DNA of 64,000 nucleotides from an uncultured Pelagibacteraceae bacterium (GCA_902555275.1 CACDRY010000002.1:4250-68249), one strand, 5' to 3'; counted from the first letter of the stretch, positions 21,260-29,822 are shown. Notes: generated by a model not told the origin, from the sequence alone. Numbers and translations: made by a program.

Positions 21260-22144
21260 ATGAAAAAAATTTTTGGGATTGTGATTCTAATCTTTTTTAC
21301 ATGTAATTTAGGTTATACAGAGCCTGTTACAATTAAAAAAACTAAGTGGCATCATATGGATATCAAAGAGCATTTTGAAATAGTCGATAAAAATGTTCGT
21401 GCTGGTAAATCAGCTCAAAAGTTTGAAATTAGACATGGTGAATGTAAAAAACAAGATTGTAAATGGGGTGCTCAAAGAACAGAAAGACATTTAAAAAAAC
21501 TTCATTACTCAAGTAAAAAATTTAAAGAACCAGTATTTTATGCTTTGAGTATATATATACCCGAAGATTTTGGATATGATTTCGTAGCATCTAAGATGTC
21601 TTTGTTTCAAGCTAAAATGAAAGGTGTAGATATGCCATTATGGATGGTTTCTACACAGGGTTCAGGCTTTCAAGTGAGATTAGGTCACTATAAGAGATGC
21701 CATGGTTTCTCTTTTAAAAAAGGTAGTTGGAATGATTTTATAGTTAAAACTAATTATAGTAGAGAAAGAATTAAAGGTGAAAAATATTTTGAGCTATGGT
21801 GGAATGGAGAACAGATTAATGAGTGCACCCATTATATTCCTTTTATAAAAAGTAAACATATTAAAGAGTCCAAAAGCCATGGGTGGAGCAGTAACAAACA
21901 ACAAATTAATATGAGATATGGTATTTATAAATTTAGAGTTGGTGATTACTTATCTCAAATAAATAAAAATAAACCAAAGGGAATGAAGACCATGACTCAA
22001 CCAAGTGGTCAAAAAAACATAATAAAACCTTTTAAATATAAATGGGAAAATAAAATTCCAACAACCGTAATGCTATTTGATGAAGTGAGATTTGGTAAAT
22101 CCTATGATGAAGTAGATATAAATAAGAACAAACCAGTTGATTAA
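21260..22144 (+). CDS. secreted polysaccharide-lyase-like (heparin lyase I/PL20-like beta-jelly-roll) protein
   Basis: Signal peptide; GKSAQKFEIR..., RTE, YALSIYIP, FQ.K, WNDF, LWWNG, RYGIY, FDEVR pattern. Confidence 0.6.
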   Translation: MKKIFGIVILIFFTCNLGYTEPVTIKKTKWHHMDIKEHFEIVDKNVRAGKSAQKFEIRHGECKKQDCKWGAQRTERHLKKLHYSSKKFKEPVFYALSIYIPEDFGYDFVASKMSLFQAKMKGVDMPLWMVSTQGSGFQVRLGHYKRCHGFSFKKGSWNDFIVKTNYSRERIKGEKYFELWWNGEQINECTHYIPFIKSKHIKESKSHGWSSNKQQINMRYGIYKFRVGDYLSQINKNKPKGMKTMTQPSGQKNIIKPFKYKWENKIPTTVMLFDEVRFGKSYDEVDINKNKPVD

Positions 22145-22224
22145 TAAATTAAAAAATCTTTAAAGTTTATGGTTCTGTGTTATAGGATTTTATTTAGAAA
22201 CTAGTCCCAAACTAGAGCAAGTTG

Positions 22225-22274
22225 AACAAATTCGTTGAAAATCATATTGATTAGGAATTTGTTGTGCATATACT
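22225..22274 (+). promoter_or_regulatory. nested inverted repeat overlapping a sigma70-like promoter for the 85-aa ORF
   Basis: AACAAATTC 22225-33 / GAATTTGTT 22255-63 with inner AATCA-tat-TGATT; TTGATT 22247-52, TATACT 22269-74. Confidence 0.45.
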
Positions 22275-22303
22275 AATTTAATTAATTAAAGAAAGGAAAA
22301 ACT

Positions 22304-22561
22304 ATGAACTTTGTTGGAACAACAACATATGAAGGAACTAAAAAAGATGCAGATGAATTATACAGTATATTTAAAGATGATCTTGCAAAATGCACGTCAT
22401 CATTTGAATGGGCACATATCCGTGAAGGTAAAATGATTTTTATTGCAAATGTTACTGATGAGGAAAAATTTTATGCCTTATTTGAAGATCAAAGATCTAA
22501 AGACTGGAACGCAAAGTTTAATGCTAAAGATGAAGCTTGGAAACTTGAGAAAATAATGTAA
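22304..22561 (+). CDS. hypothetical protein (85 aa)
   Basis: Clear SD (GAAAGGA), protein-like composition. Confidence 0.7.
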   Translation: MNFVGTTTYEGTKKDADELYSIFKDDLAKCTSSFEWAHIREGKMIFIANVTDEEKFYALFEDQRSKDWNAKFNAKDEAWKLEKIM

Positions 22562-22609
22562 CTAGTTCCTTAATACGAACTTTTGATGTAAAACAAAAAA
22601 AGTGAAGGT

Positions 22610-22837
22610 GTGAACAAAGAAAATGCAAGCAAACTCTGGAAAATTATTCAGGATGCTGGCGATTATTTGGAAGGACAACTTCCAGATCATCCTAATCATC
22701 CTAAAGGCAGAAATCCTTATGCACATGTCGCAATTTGCGTAAAGAGTAAATTTAATGCAAGTTATAAAGATATTGAGGATGAAAAATTTGATGAAATAGT
22801 TAATTATATAAATTTCCTTAAAGAAAATCCTAGCTAA
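22610..22837 (+). CDS. conserved hypothetical protein (LPDHPNHPKGRNPYAH motif)
   Basis: GTG start; His/Pro motif resembles small conserved marine-bacterial proteins (from memory). Confidence 0.7.
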   Translation: MNKENASKLWKIIQDAGDYLEGQLPDHPNHPKGRNPYAHVAICVKSKFNASYKDIEDEKFDEIVNYINFLKENPS

Positions 22838-22838
22838 A

Positions 22839-23885
22839 TTAAGATTTAATTATATTTAAAAATGACTCTACATCATCTGGATGAGTATTCCAGGCAGTAA
22901 CTAATCGAACAGCTTTATTTTCCCACTCATCATCGTTAATTTTGTAACCATGCGAATTAAATTGATCAATTATTTTTTTTGGTATTTTGACAAAAACTTC
23001 ATTTGCATCTGTTGGGTAAGATAATTCAATATTTTTGTGTTTCAGTAAACCTTGGCTTAATTTTTTCCCCATAGCATTTGCATGCTTTGCATTTTTTAAC
23101 CAAACCTCATTTGAGATATAAGCATCTAATTGAGCTGATACGAAACGCATCTTTGAAATTAAATGACCTGCTCTTTTCATTAAAAAAGCTAGATTTCCAA
23201 CTAACTCTGGTTTAAAAAAAATAATGGCTTCTGCTGCTAGGCATCCATTTTTAGTTGCTCCAAATGATAGTACATCAATTCCAGACTTCCATGTCATTTC
23301 TGCTGGAGTACAGTTTAATGAAACTAATGCATTTGCAAATCTTGCTCCATCCATATGAATATTTAAATCATGTTTGTGAGCAATCTCAGATATTTTTTTT
23401 ATTTCATCTAAATTGTAAGCAACGCCTGTTTCACATAATTGAGTAATACTTACTGATGATGGTTGAGTATGATGAACCACGCCTTTTCCAGAGATATTAC
23501 TATCTAATTCTTCAGCTATAATTTTTCCATTATTACCGTCCAGATTTACTAACTTTGCACCTCCAGTATAAAATTCTGGAGCCCCACATTCATCTACATT
23601 TATATGGGAAAGTCTATGGCAATAGATATTTCCAAAAGAAGGAGTCATAGTTGATAAGGCTAAAGCATTAGCTGCTGTTCCTGATGCTGTTGGAAATACT
23701 ATAACTTCTTTTTCAAATATTTCTGAAAATTTATTTTGTAAGTTTTTCGACAACTCATCATTGCCATAGGGCGTTTTGTCATCCTCATTAGCTTTAAGAA
23801 GTGCATTTAAGACCTCTGGACATGCGCCCGTAACATTATCTGAAGCAAATTTTACTCTTTCTCTTTTTGTTTTTATCTGTGTCAC
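22839..23885 (-). CDS. ltaE: low-specificity L-threonine aldolase (PLP, beta-eliminating lyase family)
   Basis: FASDN, YGND, SGTAANAL, HINVDECGAPE, HMDGARFANA, SFGATKNG, SKMRF. Confidence 0.9.
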   Translation of the reverse strand: MTQIKTKRERVKFASDNVTGACPEVLNALLKANEDDKTPYGNDELSKNLQNKFSEIFEKEVIVFPTASGTAANALALSTMTPSFGNIYCHRLSHINVDECGAPEFYTGGAKLVNLDGNNGKIIAEELDSNISGKGVVHHTQPSSVSITQLCETGVAYNLDEIKKISEIAHKHDLNIHMDGARFANALVSLNCTPAEMTWKSGIDVLSFGATKNGCLAAEAIIFFKPELVGNLAFLMKRAGHLISKMRFVSAQLDAYISNEVWLKNAKHANAMGKKLSQGLLKHKNIELSYPTDANEVFVKIPKKIIDQFNSHGYKINDDEWENKAVRLVTAWNTHPDDVESFLNIIKS

Positions 23886-23887
23886 AA

Positions 23888-25003
23888 TTATTGTTTTGGA
23901 AAATAATCTTTTAATTGACCTTCTCTATAAACATCTGCTGTACAACAATGTAATCCACCTCCAAAAGCATAAGCATCTCTAAGCTCAACAGGAACAACCT
24001 CCATTCCTAATTTATCGAGTTGTTCTGCTTGGTATACTTCACTTTTTTCTACACATACAGTTTTAGAATCTAAAACTAAAACATTCATTGATAGCCATGT
24101 TGAAGAGTAACATAGAGGCGGGGGCTCGTTGTGTGCAGGTTGAGCACTATCAATAATTTCCCATCCGTTATTTTCAAACAATTTTCTTTGCTCTTTAGGA
24201 AGCCTTCTTTGAGGATTGTTAATTATTAAACCTTCCTTGATAGGTGTAAAAGTTGCATCTATATGAATTGGATAAGGATCACCTGGAAAATTAACAGCAT
24301 GAACCCTGTGATCTTTATAATGTCTTTTTAACCAATCAATTCCTTTTAAATTTGTTGTAAAACCATGTTGTACTACTAAATCTTTACCAAATCTTAAAAC
24401 GTCAGCAGCATCAAATAATGGCTCCTCTTCAGTGGTAACAAAATATCTATTTTCTGTCCATTCCAGTCTTTTTTGAATTCCTATTTTGTCTGATAAGTAA
24501 TCTTCTCTGTAATCCTCATCTGTTAATCTAGGTTTAGGAGCAGATTCGTGTCTCATATTTGGATCTAAATTATAATATTGCTTTAAAAGTGGTCGGTAAC
24601 ATAGATATTCAAACCATCGGCAACGATAACTCATGGTAGCCTCTAAAATTTCATTGCCAACAGTTAGCAAAACATCTCTAGGTGGCATGCATCCAAACAT
24701 CGTTTCCGCTTGCCAATCTGGTGTAGATGTTTTTTGATTAAAATCAATTGGATCTGGTCTATCAACTTTAATCCCTCTTTTTTTTAATATATTTGAGAAA
24801 TCATCTAAAAGCTGATTTGCTTTATCTACAGTATCTTTAGTTCTTGGACCAAATTTTCCTCTCATATCACTGTCTTCTGGAACTTTGGCATCTAATGCTG
24901 GCTCAGGGGCAGGTATACAAGTACCATCTGCTTTACCTATTATTACATGTTTCAATGGATCCCATTCATTCCAACTATTAACAATTACTTTTTCATTATT
25001 CAT
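23888..25003 (-). CDS. amidinotransferase, L-arginine:glycine amidinotransferase (AGAT)-like
   Basis: VNSWNEWDPL, PPRD, FDAAD, HIDATF, NP.R, SSTWLSMN, GGGLHC: Asp-His-Cys triad present. Confidence 0.9.
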   Translation of the reverse strand: MNNEKVIVNSWNEWDPLKHVIIGKADGTCIPAPEPALDAKVPEDSDMRGKFGPRTKDTVDKANQLLDDFSNILKKRGIKVDRPDPIDFNQKTSTPDWQAETMFGCMPPRDVLLTVGNEILEATMSYRCRWFEYLCYRPLLKQYYNLDPNMRHESAPKPRLTDEDYREDYLSDKIGIQKRLEWTENRYFVTTEEEPLFDAADVLRFGKDLVVQHGFTTNLKGIDWLKRHYKDHRVHAVNFPGDPYPIHIDATFTPIKEGLIINNPQRRLPKEQRKLFENNGWEIIDSAQPAHNEPPPLCYSSTWLSMNVLVLDSKTVCVEKSEVYQAEQLDKLGMEVVPVELRDAYAFGGGLHCCTADVYREGQLKDYFPKQ

Positions 25004-25004
25004 T

Positions 25005-25910
25005 TTAATTTAAACCTATAAATCTTCTATTAGACTGCATAATGAGGCTGTAGTAAAAAATTGACATAAAGATAAAAAATCCACCAATAATAGTATTCGT
25101 AGATGGGACTTCATTAATTCCCATCCATGGTAACCACACCCAGAATATTCCACCTATTACTTCAGTAAGTGAGAGTAAAGTTAGATCAGCTGCTGGAATG
25201 TTTTTTGATCCAATTGAGTATAATATTAAACCCATGCATACTAGAGTTCCATGGGTAGCAAATAAGGCTTCGTTTTTTCCAGTGGATAAAAAATTAGCAT
25301 CGTTCGACATAAGCATTACAGCAGAAAATATGAAACAGAAAAACCCTGCAAAGGCTACAGTAGTAAATTTTGGCGTTTCTTTTCTCCATCTAAGTGAAAC
25401 AGAAAAAATTGAGAAACCTAATGCAGAAATAAGTCCAAACACAAGCCCTGGCAATGAATTTTTACCAGAATTGTCAAAAGCCATTATACAAATACCTGCT
25501 GCTGCAACTACAATGGCAATCCATACTGTTAATGAAATTTTTTCTTTTAAAAATAAAAATCCTAATAAGGCTGTTATAAATGGCATTGCTGCAAGACAAA
25601 GTAAAGTGATAGCTGCTGTCGTATTAGTAATTGACCATATAAATGTTATCATTGCGGTACCAAGACCAATACCTCCAATTAAACCCGATATACCCACTTT
25701 AAAATAATTTTTATAAAACTCTTTTCCTTCCTCAAGGAATAAATACATATTAAGTAAAAGAAAAATAACTATTCCTCTTGTAAATAAATATTGCCAAGGA
25801 ACTGTTTCTGGCTGATCGATGTGCCTTACAACATATGGACCAAATGACCAAAAAATACCAGCAATTAATACGATTGGTATGGCTACTTTAGGATTTTTTA
25901 AATTTAGCAT
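25005..25910 (-). CDS. DMT/EamA-family transporter
   Basis: About 10 TM, FLFLKE, E.IGGIFWVW...EVP...GG. Confidence 0.87.
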   Translation of the reverse strand: MLNLKNPKVAIPIVLIAGIFWSFGPYVVRHIDQPETVPWQYLFTRGIVIFLLLNMYLFLEEGKEFYKNYFKVGISGLIGGIGLGTAMITFIWSITNTTAAITLLCLAAMPFITALLGFLFLKEKISLTVWIAIVVAAAGICIMAFDNSGKNSLPGLVFGLISALGFSIFSVSLRWRKETPKFTTVAFAGFFCFIFSAVMLMSNDANFLSTGKNEALFATHGTLVCMGLILYSIGSKNIPAADLTLLSLTEVIGGIFWVWLPWMGINEVPSTNTIIGGFFIFMSIFYYSLIMQSNRRFIGLN

Positions 25911-25988
25911 GTGCTATTTTTTTATTTAAGAAATATGAAAATATAAATATAAATTTGTATAATAACAATCAAATAAATACTCAAATTA

Positions 25989-26384
25989 ATGGATATTAAT
26001 ATTTTAAAAATAGCTTCTGATACTAAAAACAATAAACATATTCATAACTTCACTCATTCGATGAAATATAAAAGTCAAATTTGTGGTGATGAGATTGAAA
26101 TTTTTTTAATTATTAAAGACAATGTTATAAAAGATTTTTCTTATCAGTCTCAATCTTGCATATATTGCAATGCATCTGCAAATTTAGTTACAAAAAATTT
26201 TAAGAAAAAAAGTAAAGATAAAATTAAAAATTTTTTAAGATTATTAGATAAGTTTAATGATAAAGAAAATATTTCATTTCCAAGTGAATGGAAAGAGTTT
26301 AAAAAAATCTTTGATAAAAAAAATTATGCAAGGAAAGAATGTTTAACACTTCCAATAAAAGCTTTAAAAAAAGTAATACAATAA
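25989..26384 (+). CDS. IscU/SufU (NifU_N)-like Fe-S scaffold protein
   Basis: CGDEI, SCIYCNASA, RKECLTLP cysteine pattern. Confidence 0.75.
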   Translation: MDINILKIASDTKNNKHIHNFTHSMKYKSQICGDEIEIFLIIKDNVIKDFSYQSQSCIYCNASANLVTKNFKKKSKDKIKNFLRLLDKFNDKENISFPSEWKEFKKIFDKKNYARKECLTLPIKALKKVIQ

Positions 26385-26846
26385 ATGAATAAAGATAAAA
26401 TTTTAAAATCCCTTTTAGCATTGATTTTTACAACTATAACAATTGGTGTCCTCACTTTATTAACTTATAAAACTAATTTTGGACTTTTTTTAATTGCATC
26501 ATTTGGGTCCTCGATGGTTCTTTTGTATGGTTACCCAGAAAGTCCATTTGCTAAACCTAAAAATATATTATTTGGCCATCTAGTAACTTCAGCAATTGGA
26601 ATTCTATTTTATAATTTTATCCCCTTACCAATTTATATATCGATACCTTTAGCAGTAGGTATTGGTGTTGGATTAATGATTTTACTAGATGTAACCCACC
26701 CTCCAGCTGGAGGAAATCCTATTATAGTCATATTGGGCTCAGTATCGTTTGACTATTTATTCTCCCCAATATTAACTGGATGTTTAATTATAATAGCCTT
26801 TGGAATTATTCTGAATAAATTCGTTGCTAAAAAGAAATACCCCTAA
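26385..26846 (+). CDS. HPP-family membrane protein
   Basis: ASFGSS, PESPFAKP.NILFGH, THPPAGG. Confidence 0.92.
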   Translation: MNKDKILKSLLALIFTTITIGVLTLLTYKTNFGLFLIASFGSSMVLLYGYPESPFAKPKNILFGHLVTSAIGILFYNFIPLPIYISIPLAVGIGVGLMILLDVTHPPAGGNPIIVILGSVSFDYLFSPILTGCLIIIAFGIILNKFVAKKKYP

Positions 26847-26891
26847 TCAACTACTATTCGTTTGATTGATGTTCTTATTTTATGCTACACT
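26845..26891 (+). promoter_or_regulatory. fdh promoter (TTGATT-18-TACACT, extended TG) with overlapping inverted repeat AATCAA-N11-TTGATT
   Basis: AATCAA 26845-50, TTGATT 26862-67, TG 26883-84, TACACT 26886-91; AGGAG SD before ATG 26946. Confidence 0.5.
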
Positions 26892-26945
26892 TTAATAAGA
26901 AATTATCTATAGAAAGATTTTAAAACATAAATATTAGGAGAAAAA

Positions 26946-28145
26946 ATGAAAGTACTTTGCGTGTTATATGATGATCCTAAAGGTGGTATGCCTAAAGCTT
27001 ACCCTTTATCAGATCTTCCAAAATTAGAAAAATATCCTGATGGCATGACTTTACCTAGTCCAAAAGGTAGGGATTTTACACCAGGAGAATTATTAGGATG
27101 TGTATCTGGTGAATTAGGATTAAGAAAATTTTTAGAGAGCAATGGTCATGAGTTAGTTGTAACAAATAGTAAAGATGGAGAAGGATGCGAGGCTGATAAA
27201 CATATAGTTGATGCAGATATAGTTATTTCTCAACCATTCTTTCCTTATTATTTAACAAAAGAAAAGATTGAAAAAGCAAAAAACTTGAAAATGGCAATTA
27301 CTGCAGGAATTGGTTCAGACCACGTAGATTTACAAGCAGCAATGGATCATAAAATTGATGTCGTAGAAGTTACTTTCTGTAACTCAAGATCAGTTGCTGA
27401 GCATATAGTAATGATGATAGTTTCACTTGTTCGAGATTACCACAACCAACATCGAATCGTAAATGAAGGTGGATGGAATATAGCAGATGCTGTTCAAAGA
27501 TCTTACGATGTTGAGGGAATGCATATTGGAACTGTAGCAGCTGGAAGAATTGGATTAGATGCACTCAGAAAAATGAAACCTTTTGATGTTCATCTTCACT
27601 ATTTTGATAGGCATAGATTACCTGAATCAGTTGAAAAAGAGTTAAATCTTACTTTCCATGAAACTGTGGAGTCTATGGTTAAAGTATGTGATGTTGTAAC
27701 AATCAACTGTCCTCTGCATCCTGAAACAGAAAACTTATTTGATGATGAAATGATAGGTAAAATGAAAAAAGGTGCATACATTGTAAATACTGCAAGAGGT
27801 AAAATTTGTAATAGAGATGCAATAGCAAAAGCCTTGAAGAGTGGACAATTAAGTGGATATGCGGGAGACGTATGGTTTCCTCAACCAGCTCCAAACGATC
27901 ACGTGTGGAGAACAATGCCAAACCATGGAATGACACCTCATACTTCTGGAACATCACTATCTGCTCAAGCTAGATATGCTGATGGTGTAAGAGAAATCTT
28001 AGAATGTTTCTTTGAAGGTAGTGAAATACGTAACCAATACTTAATTGTTAAAGATGGACAATTAGCTGGAATGGGTGCGCATTCTTATAGTAAAGGAAGC
28101 GCTACCGGTGGTTCAGAAGAAGCGGCAAAATATCAAAAAAAATAG
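26946..28145 (+). CDS. fdh: NAD-dependent (metal-independent) formate dehydrogenase
   Basis: KVLCVLYDDP, GELLGCVSGELGLR, ISQPF, AGIGSDH, AAGRIG, YFDRH, NTARG, DVWFPQP, PHTSGTSLSAQARYA. Confidence 0.97.
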   Translation: MKVLCVLYDDPKGGMPKAYPLSDLPKLEKYPDGMTLPSPKGRDFTPGELLGCVSGELGLRKFLESNGHELVVTNSKDGEGCEADKHIVDADIVISQPFFPYYLTKEKIEKAKNLKMAITAGIGSDHVDLQAAMDHKIDVVEVTFCNSRSVAEHIVMMIVSLVRDYHNQHRIVNEGGWNIADAVQRSYDVEGMHIGTVAAGRIGLDALRKMKPFDVHLHYFDRHRLPESVEKELNLTFHETVESMVKVCDVVTINCPLHPETENLFDDEMIGKMKKGAYIVNTARGKICNRDAIAKALKSGQLSGYAGDVWFPQPAPNDHVWRTMPNHGMTPHTSGTSLSAQARYADGVREILECFFEGSEIRNQYLIVKDGQLAGMGAHSYSKGSATGGSEEAAKYQKK

Positions 28146-28165
28146 AGTTTTAAATAGAAATTATT

Positions 28166-28200
28166 AAAGGTAAGCTATCATTAATTAGATAGCTACCTTT
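28166..28200 (+). terminator. stem-loop after fdh (terminator or mRNA-stabilising hairpin)
   Basis: AAAGGT(A)AGCTATC ... GATAGCTACCTTT; short U tract, abuts msrA ATG. Confidence 0.6.
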
Positions 28201-28201
28201 A

Positions 28202-28780
28202 ATGAAAAAATTTTTATCAATAATTTTCATTCTTATTTCTTCAACGAGTTTTGCAAATTCACCAAATTTTGAAAAAGCCTATTTTGCTGGAGGATGCTTT
28301 TGGTGTATGGAAGAGTCTTTTGAAAATATTCTTGGCGTTTCAAAAGTTATCTCTGGCTATTCAGGTGGCACTACCGAAAATCCAACTTATGAAGAAGTTA
28401 CATATGGAAACACAGGTCATTTTGAGGTTATTGAAGTCATATATATTCCAGAAGTAGTTAGCTATGAAAAACTCTTAGAAGAATTCTGGGTAAATATTGA
28501 TCCATTTGATGCTGTAGGACAATTTTGTGACAAGGGATATAGTTATAGATCAGTGGCATTTTATCAAAATGATGAGCAAAAAAAACTAATAGAAAATAGT
28601 ATTAAGGAAATAGAGAAAAAATTTAAAAAAAAAGTAGTAACTTATGTAAGAAAATTTGATAAATTTTACATGGCAGAAGCTGTTCATCAAGATTATTACC
28701 AAATAAATTTCCTTAATTACTTAAGATATAAAAAAGGATGTAGACGCGAAGCGATATTAAATAGTATTTGGGGTTCTTAA
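28202..28780 (+). CDS. msrA: peptide-methionine (S)-S-oxide reductase with N-terminal signal peptide
   Basis: FAGGCFWCME, SGYSGG, PTYEEV..G.TGH.E, GQFCDKG, AE..HQDYY. Confidence 0.95.
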   Translation: MKKFLSIIFILISSTSFANSPNFEKAYFAGGCFWCMEESFENILGVSKVISGYSGGTTENPTYEEVTYGNTGHFEVIEVIYIPEVVSYEKLLEEFWVNIDPFDAVGQFCDKGYSYRSVAFYQNDEQKKLIENSIKEIEKKFKKKVVTYVRKFDKFYMAEAVHQDYYQINFLNYLRYKKGCRREAILNSIWGS

Positions 28781-28781
28781 A

Positions 28782-29789
28782 ATGTCTGTGGTTAGTAAAT
28801 ACGTATCTTTAAAAAATTATATTCCAACTGGATTACCAAAAGAAACAGATTTTGAAATAAAATCAAAAGAAATTTCAATTAATGATGAAAAAAATGTCTT
28901 AGTGTCAAATTCATGGATATCAGTTGATCCATATATGCGTGCAAGAATGACTGAGAGAAAAAATTATAAACCACCATTTAAAATCGGTGAGGAAATGGAA
29001 GGGTATGCAATCGGTAAAGTAGAACTCTCAAATGATAAAGATTTTAGTGTTGGAGATTTAGTATTTAGCAGTCTTGGTATGAGAGATAAATTTGTTTGTA
29101 GTTCTGATGAACTAAAGAAACTAAAACCAATTGATATGCCTATACAGTCGTACTTAGGTCCACTTGGAATGACAGGTCATACAGCTTATATAGGTCTGTT
29201 AAAACATGGTGAATTAAAACCTGGACAGATAGTTTTAGTCTCCTCTGCCGGAGGAAGTGTTGGATCTACTGTTTGCCAAATTGCAAAAAATCTTGGTTGT
29301 AAAGTTATTGCAAGCACAGGGTCTGATGAAAAAGTTGATTGGTTAAAAAATGAATTAAAAGTTGATCATGCTTTTAATTATAAGAAAGTAGAAAACCTTG
29401 TATTACATTTCAAGGAAATTTGTCCTGATGGTTTTGATCTCTATTTTGATAATGTTGGTGGAGACTTTTTAGAGTCCGCTATTTTCCAAATGAAAACATA
29501 TGGTCGTATTGTGATTTGTGGAAGAATTTCTCAAATGAATGCAACAAATCCTGGATCTGGTTTGAAAAATATGGCTTATGTTTTAGTAAAAAGACTTACA
29601 ATTAAAGGATTTCTTATTTTTGATCACGATAATGAAAGAGAGCCATTTGAAACTGAAATGTCAAAATGGTTGGCAGATGGTAAAATAAAATTTAAAGAAA
29701 CTATCTACGAAGGAATAGAGAATGCTCCAAAGTCATTTATTGATTTATTAAATGGTAAAAATATTGGCAAAATGCTTGTCAAAATTTAG
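28782..29789 (+). CDS. NADP-dependent alkenal/enone reductase (CurA/PTGR-like MDR)
   Basis: SVDPYMR, LGMTGHTAY.GL, AGGSVG, YFDNVGG, CGRISQ, GIENAP, GKMLV. Confidence 0.9.
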   Translation: MSVVSKYVSLKNYIPTGLPKETDFEIKSKEISINDEKNVLVSNSWISVDPYMRARMTERKNYKPPFKIGEEMEGYAIGKVELSNDKDFSVGDLVFSSLGMRDKFVCSSDELKKLKPIDMPIQSYLGPLGMTGHTAYIGLLKHGELKPGQIVLVSSAGGSVGSTVCQIAKNLGCKVIASTGSDEKVDWLKNELKVDHAFNYKKVENLVLHFKEICPDGFDLYFDNVGGDFLESAIFQMKTYGRIVICGRISQMNATNPGSGLKNMAYVLVKRLTIKGFLIFDHDNEREPFETEMSKWLADGKIKFKETIYEGIENAPKSFIDLLNGKNIGKMLVKI

Positions 29790-29822
29790 TTAAGAAAATT
29801 TGTGACTTAAAATCCTCAATAA

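Larger units (their letters stand above)
22199..22569. repeat. imperfect direct repeats AACTAGTCCC (22199-22208) and AACTAGTTCC (22560-22569) bracketing the 85-aa ORF
   Basis: Read directly; left copy followed by a degenerate tandem copy (ACTAGAGCAA). Confidence 0.5.

Noticed and set aside
22839-25910. Cylindrospermopsin/saxitoxin/streptomycin-type biosynthetic cluster
   Set aside because: No PKS, NRPS or tailoring genes anywhere in the window.
25911-25988. Glycine or guanidine riboswitch upstream of the amidinotransferase operon
   Set aside because: 78-bp, almost purely A/T spacer with no GC stems or conserved riboswitch motifs.
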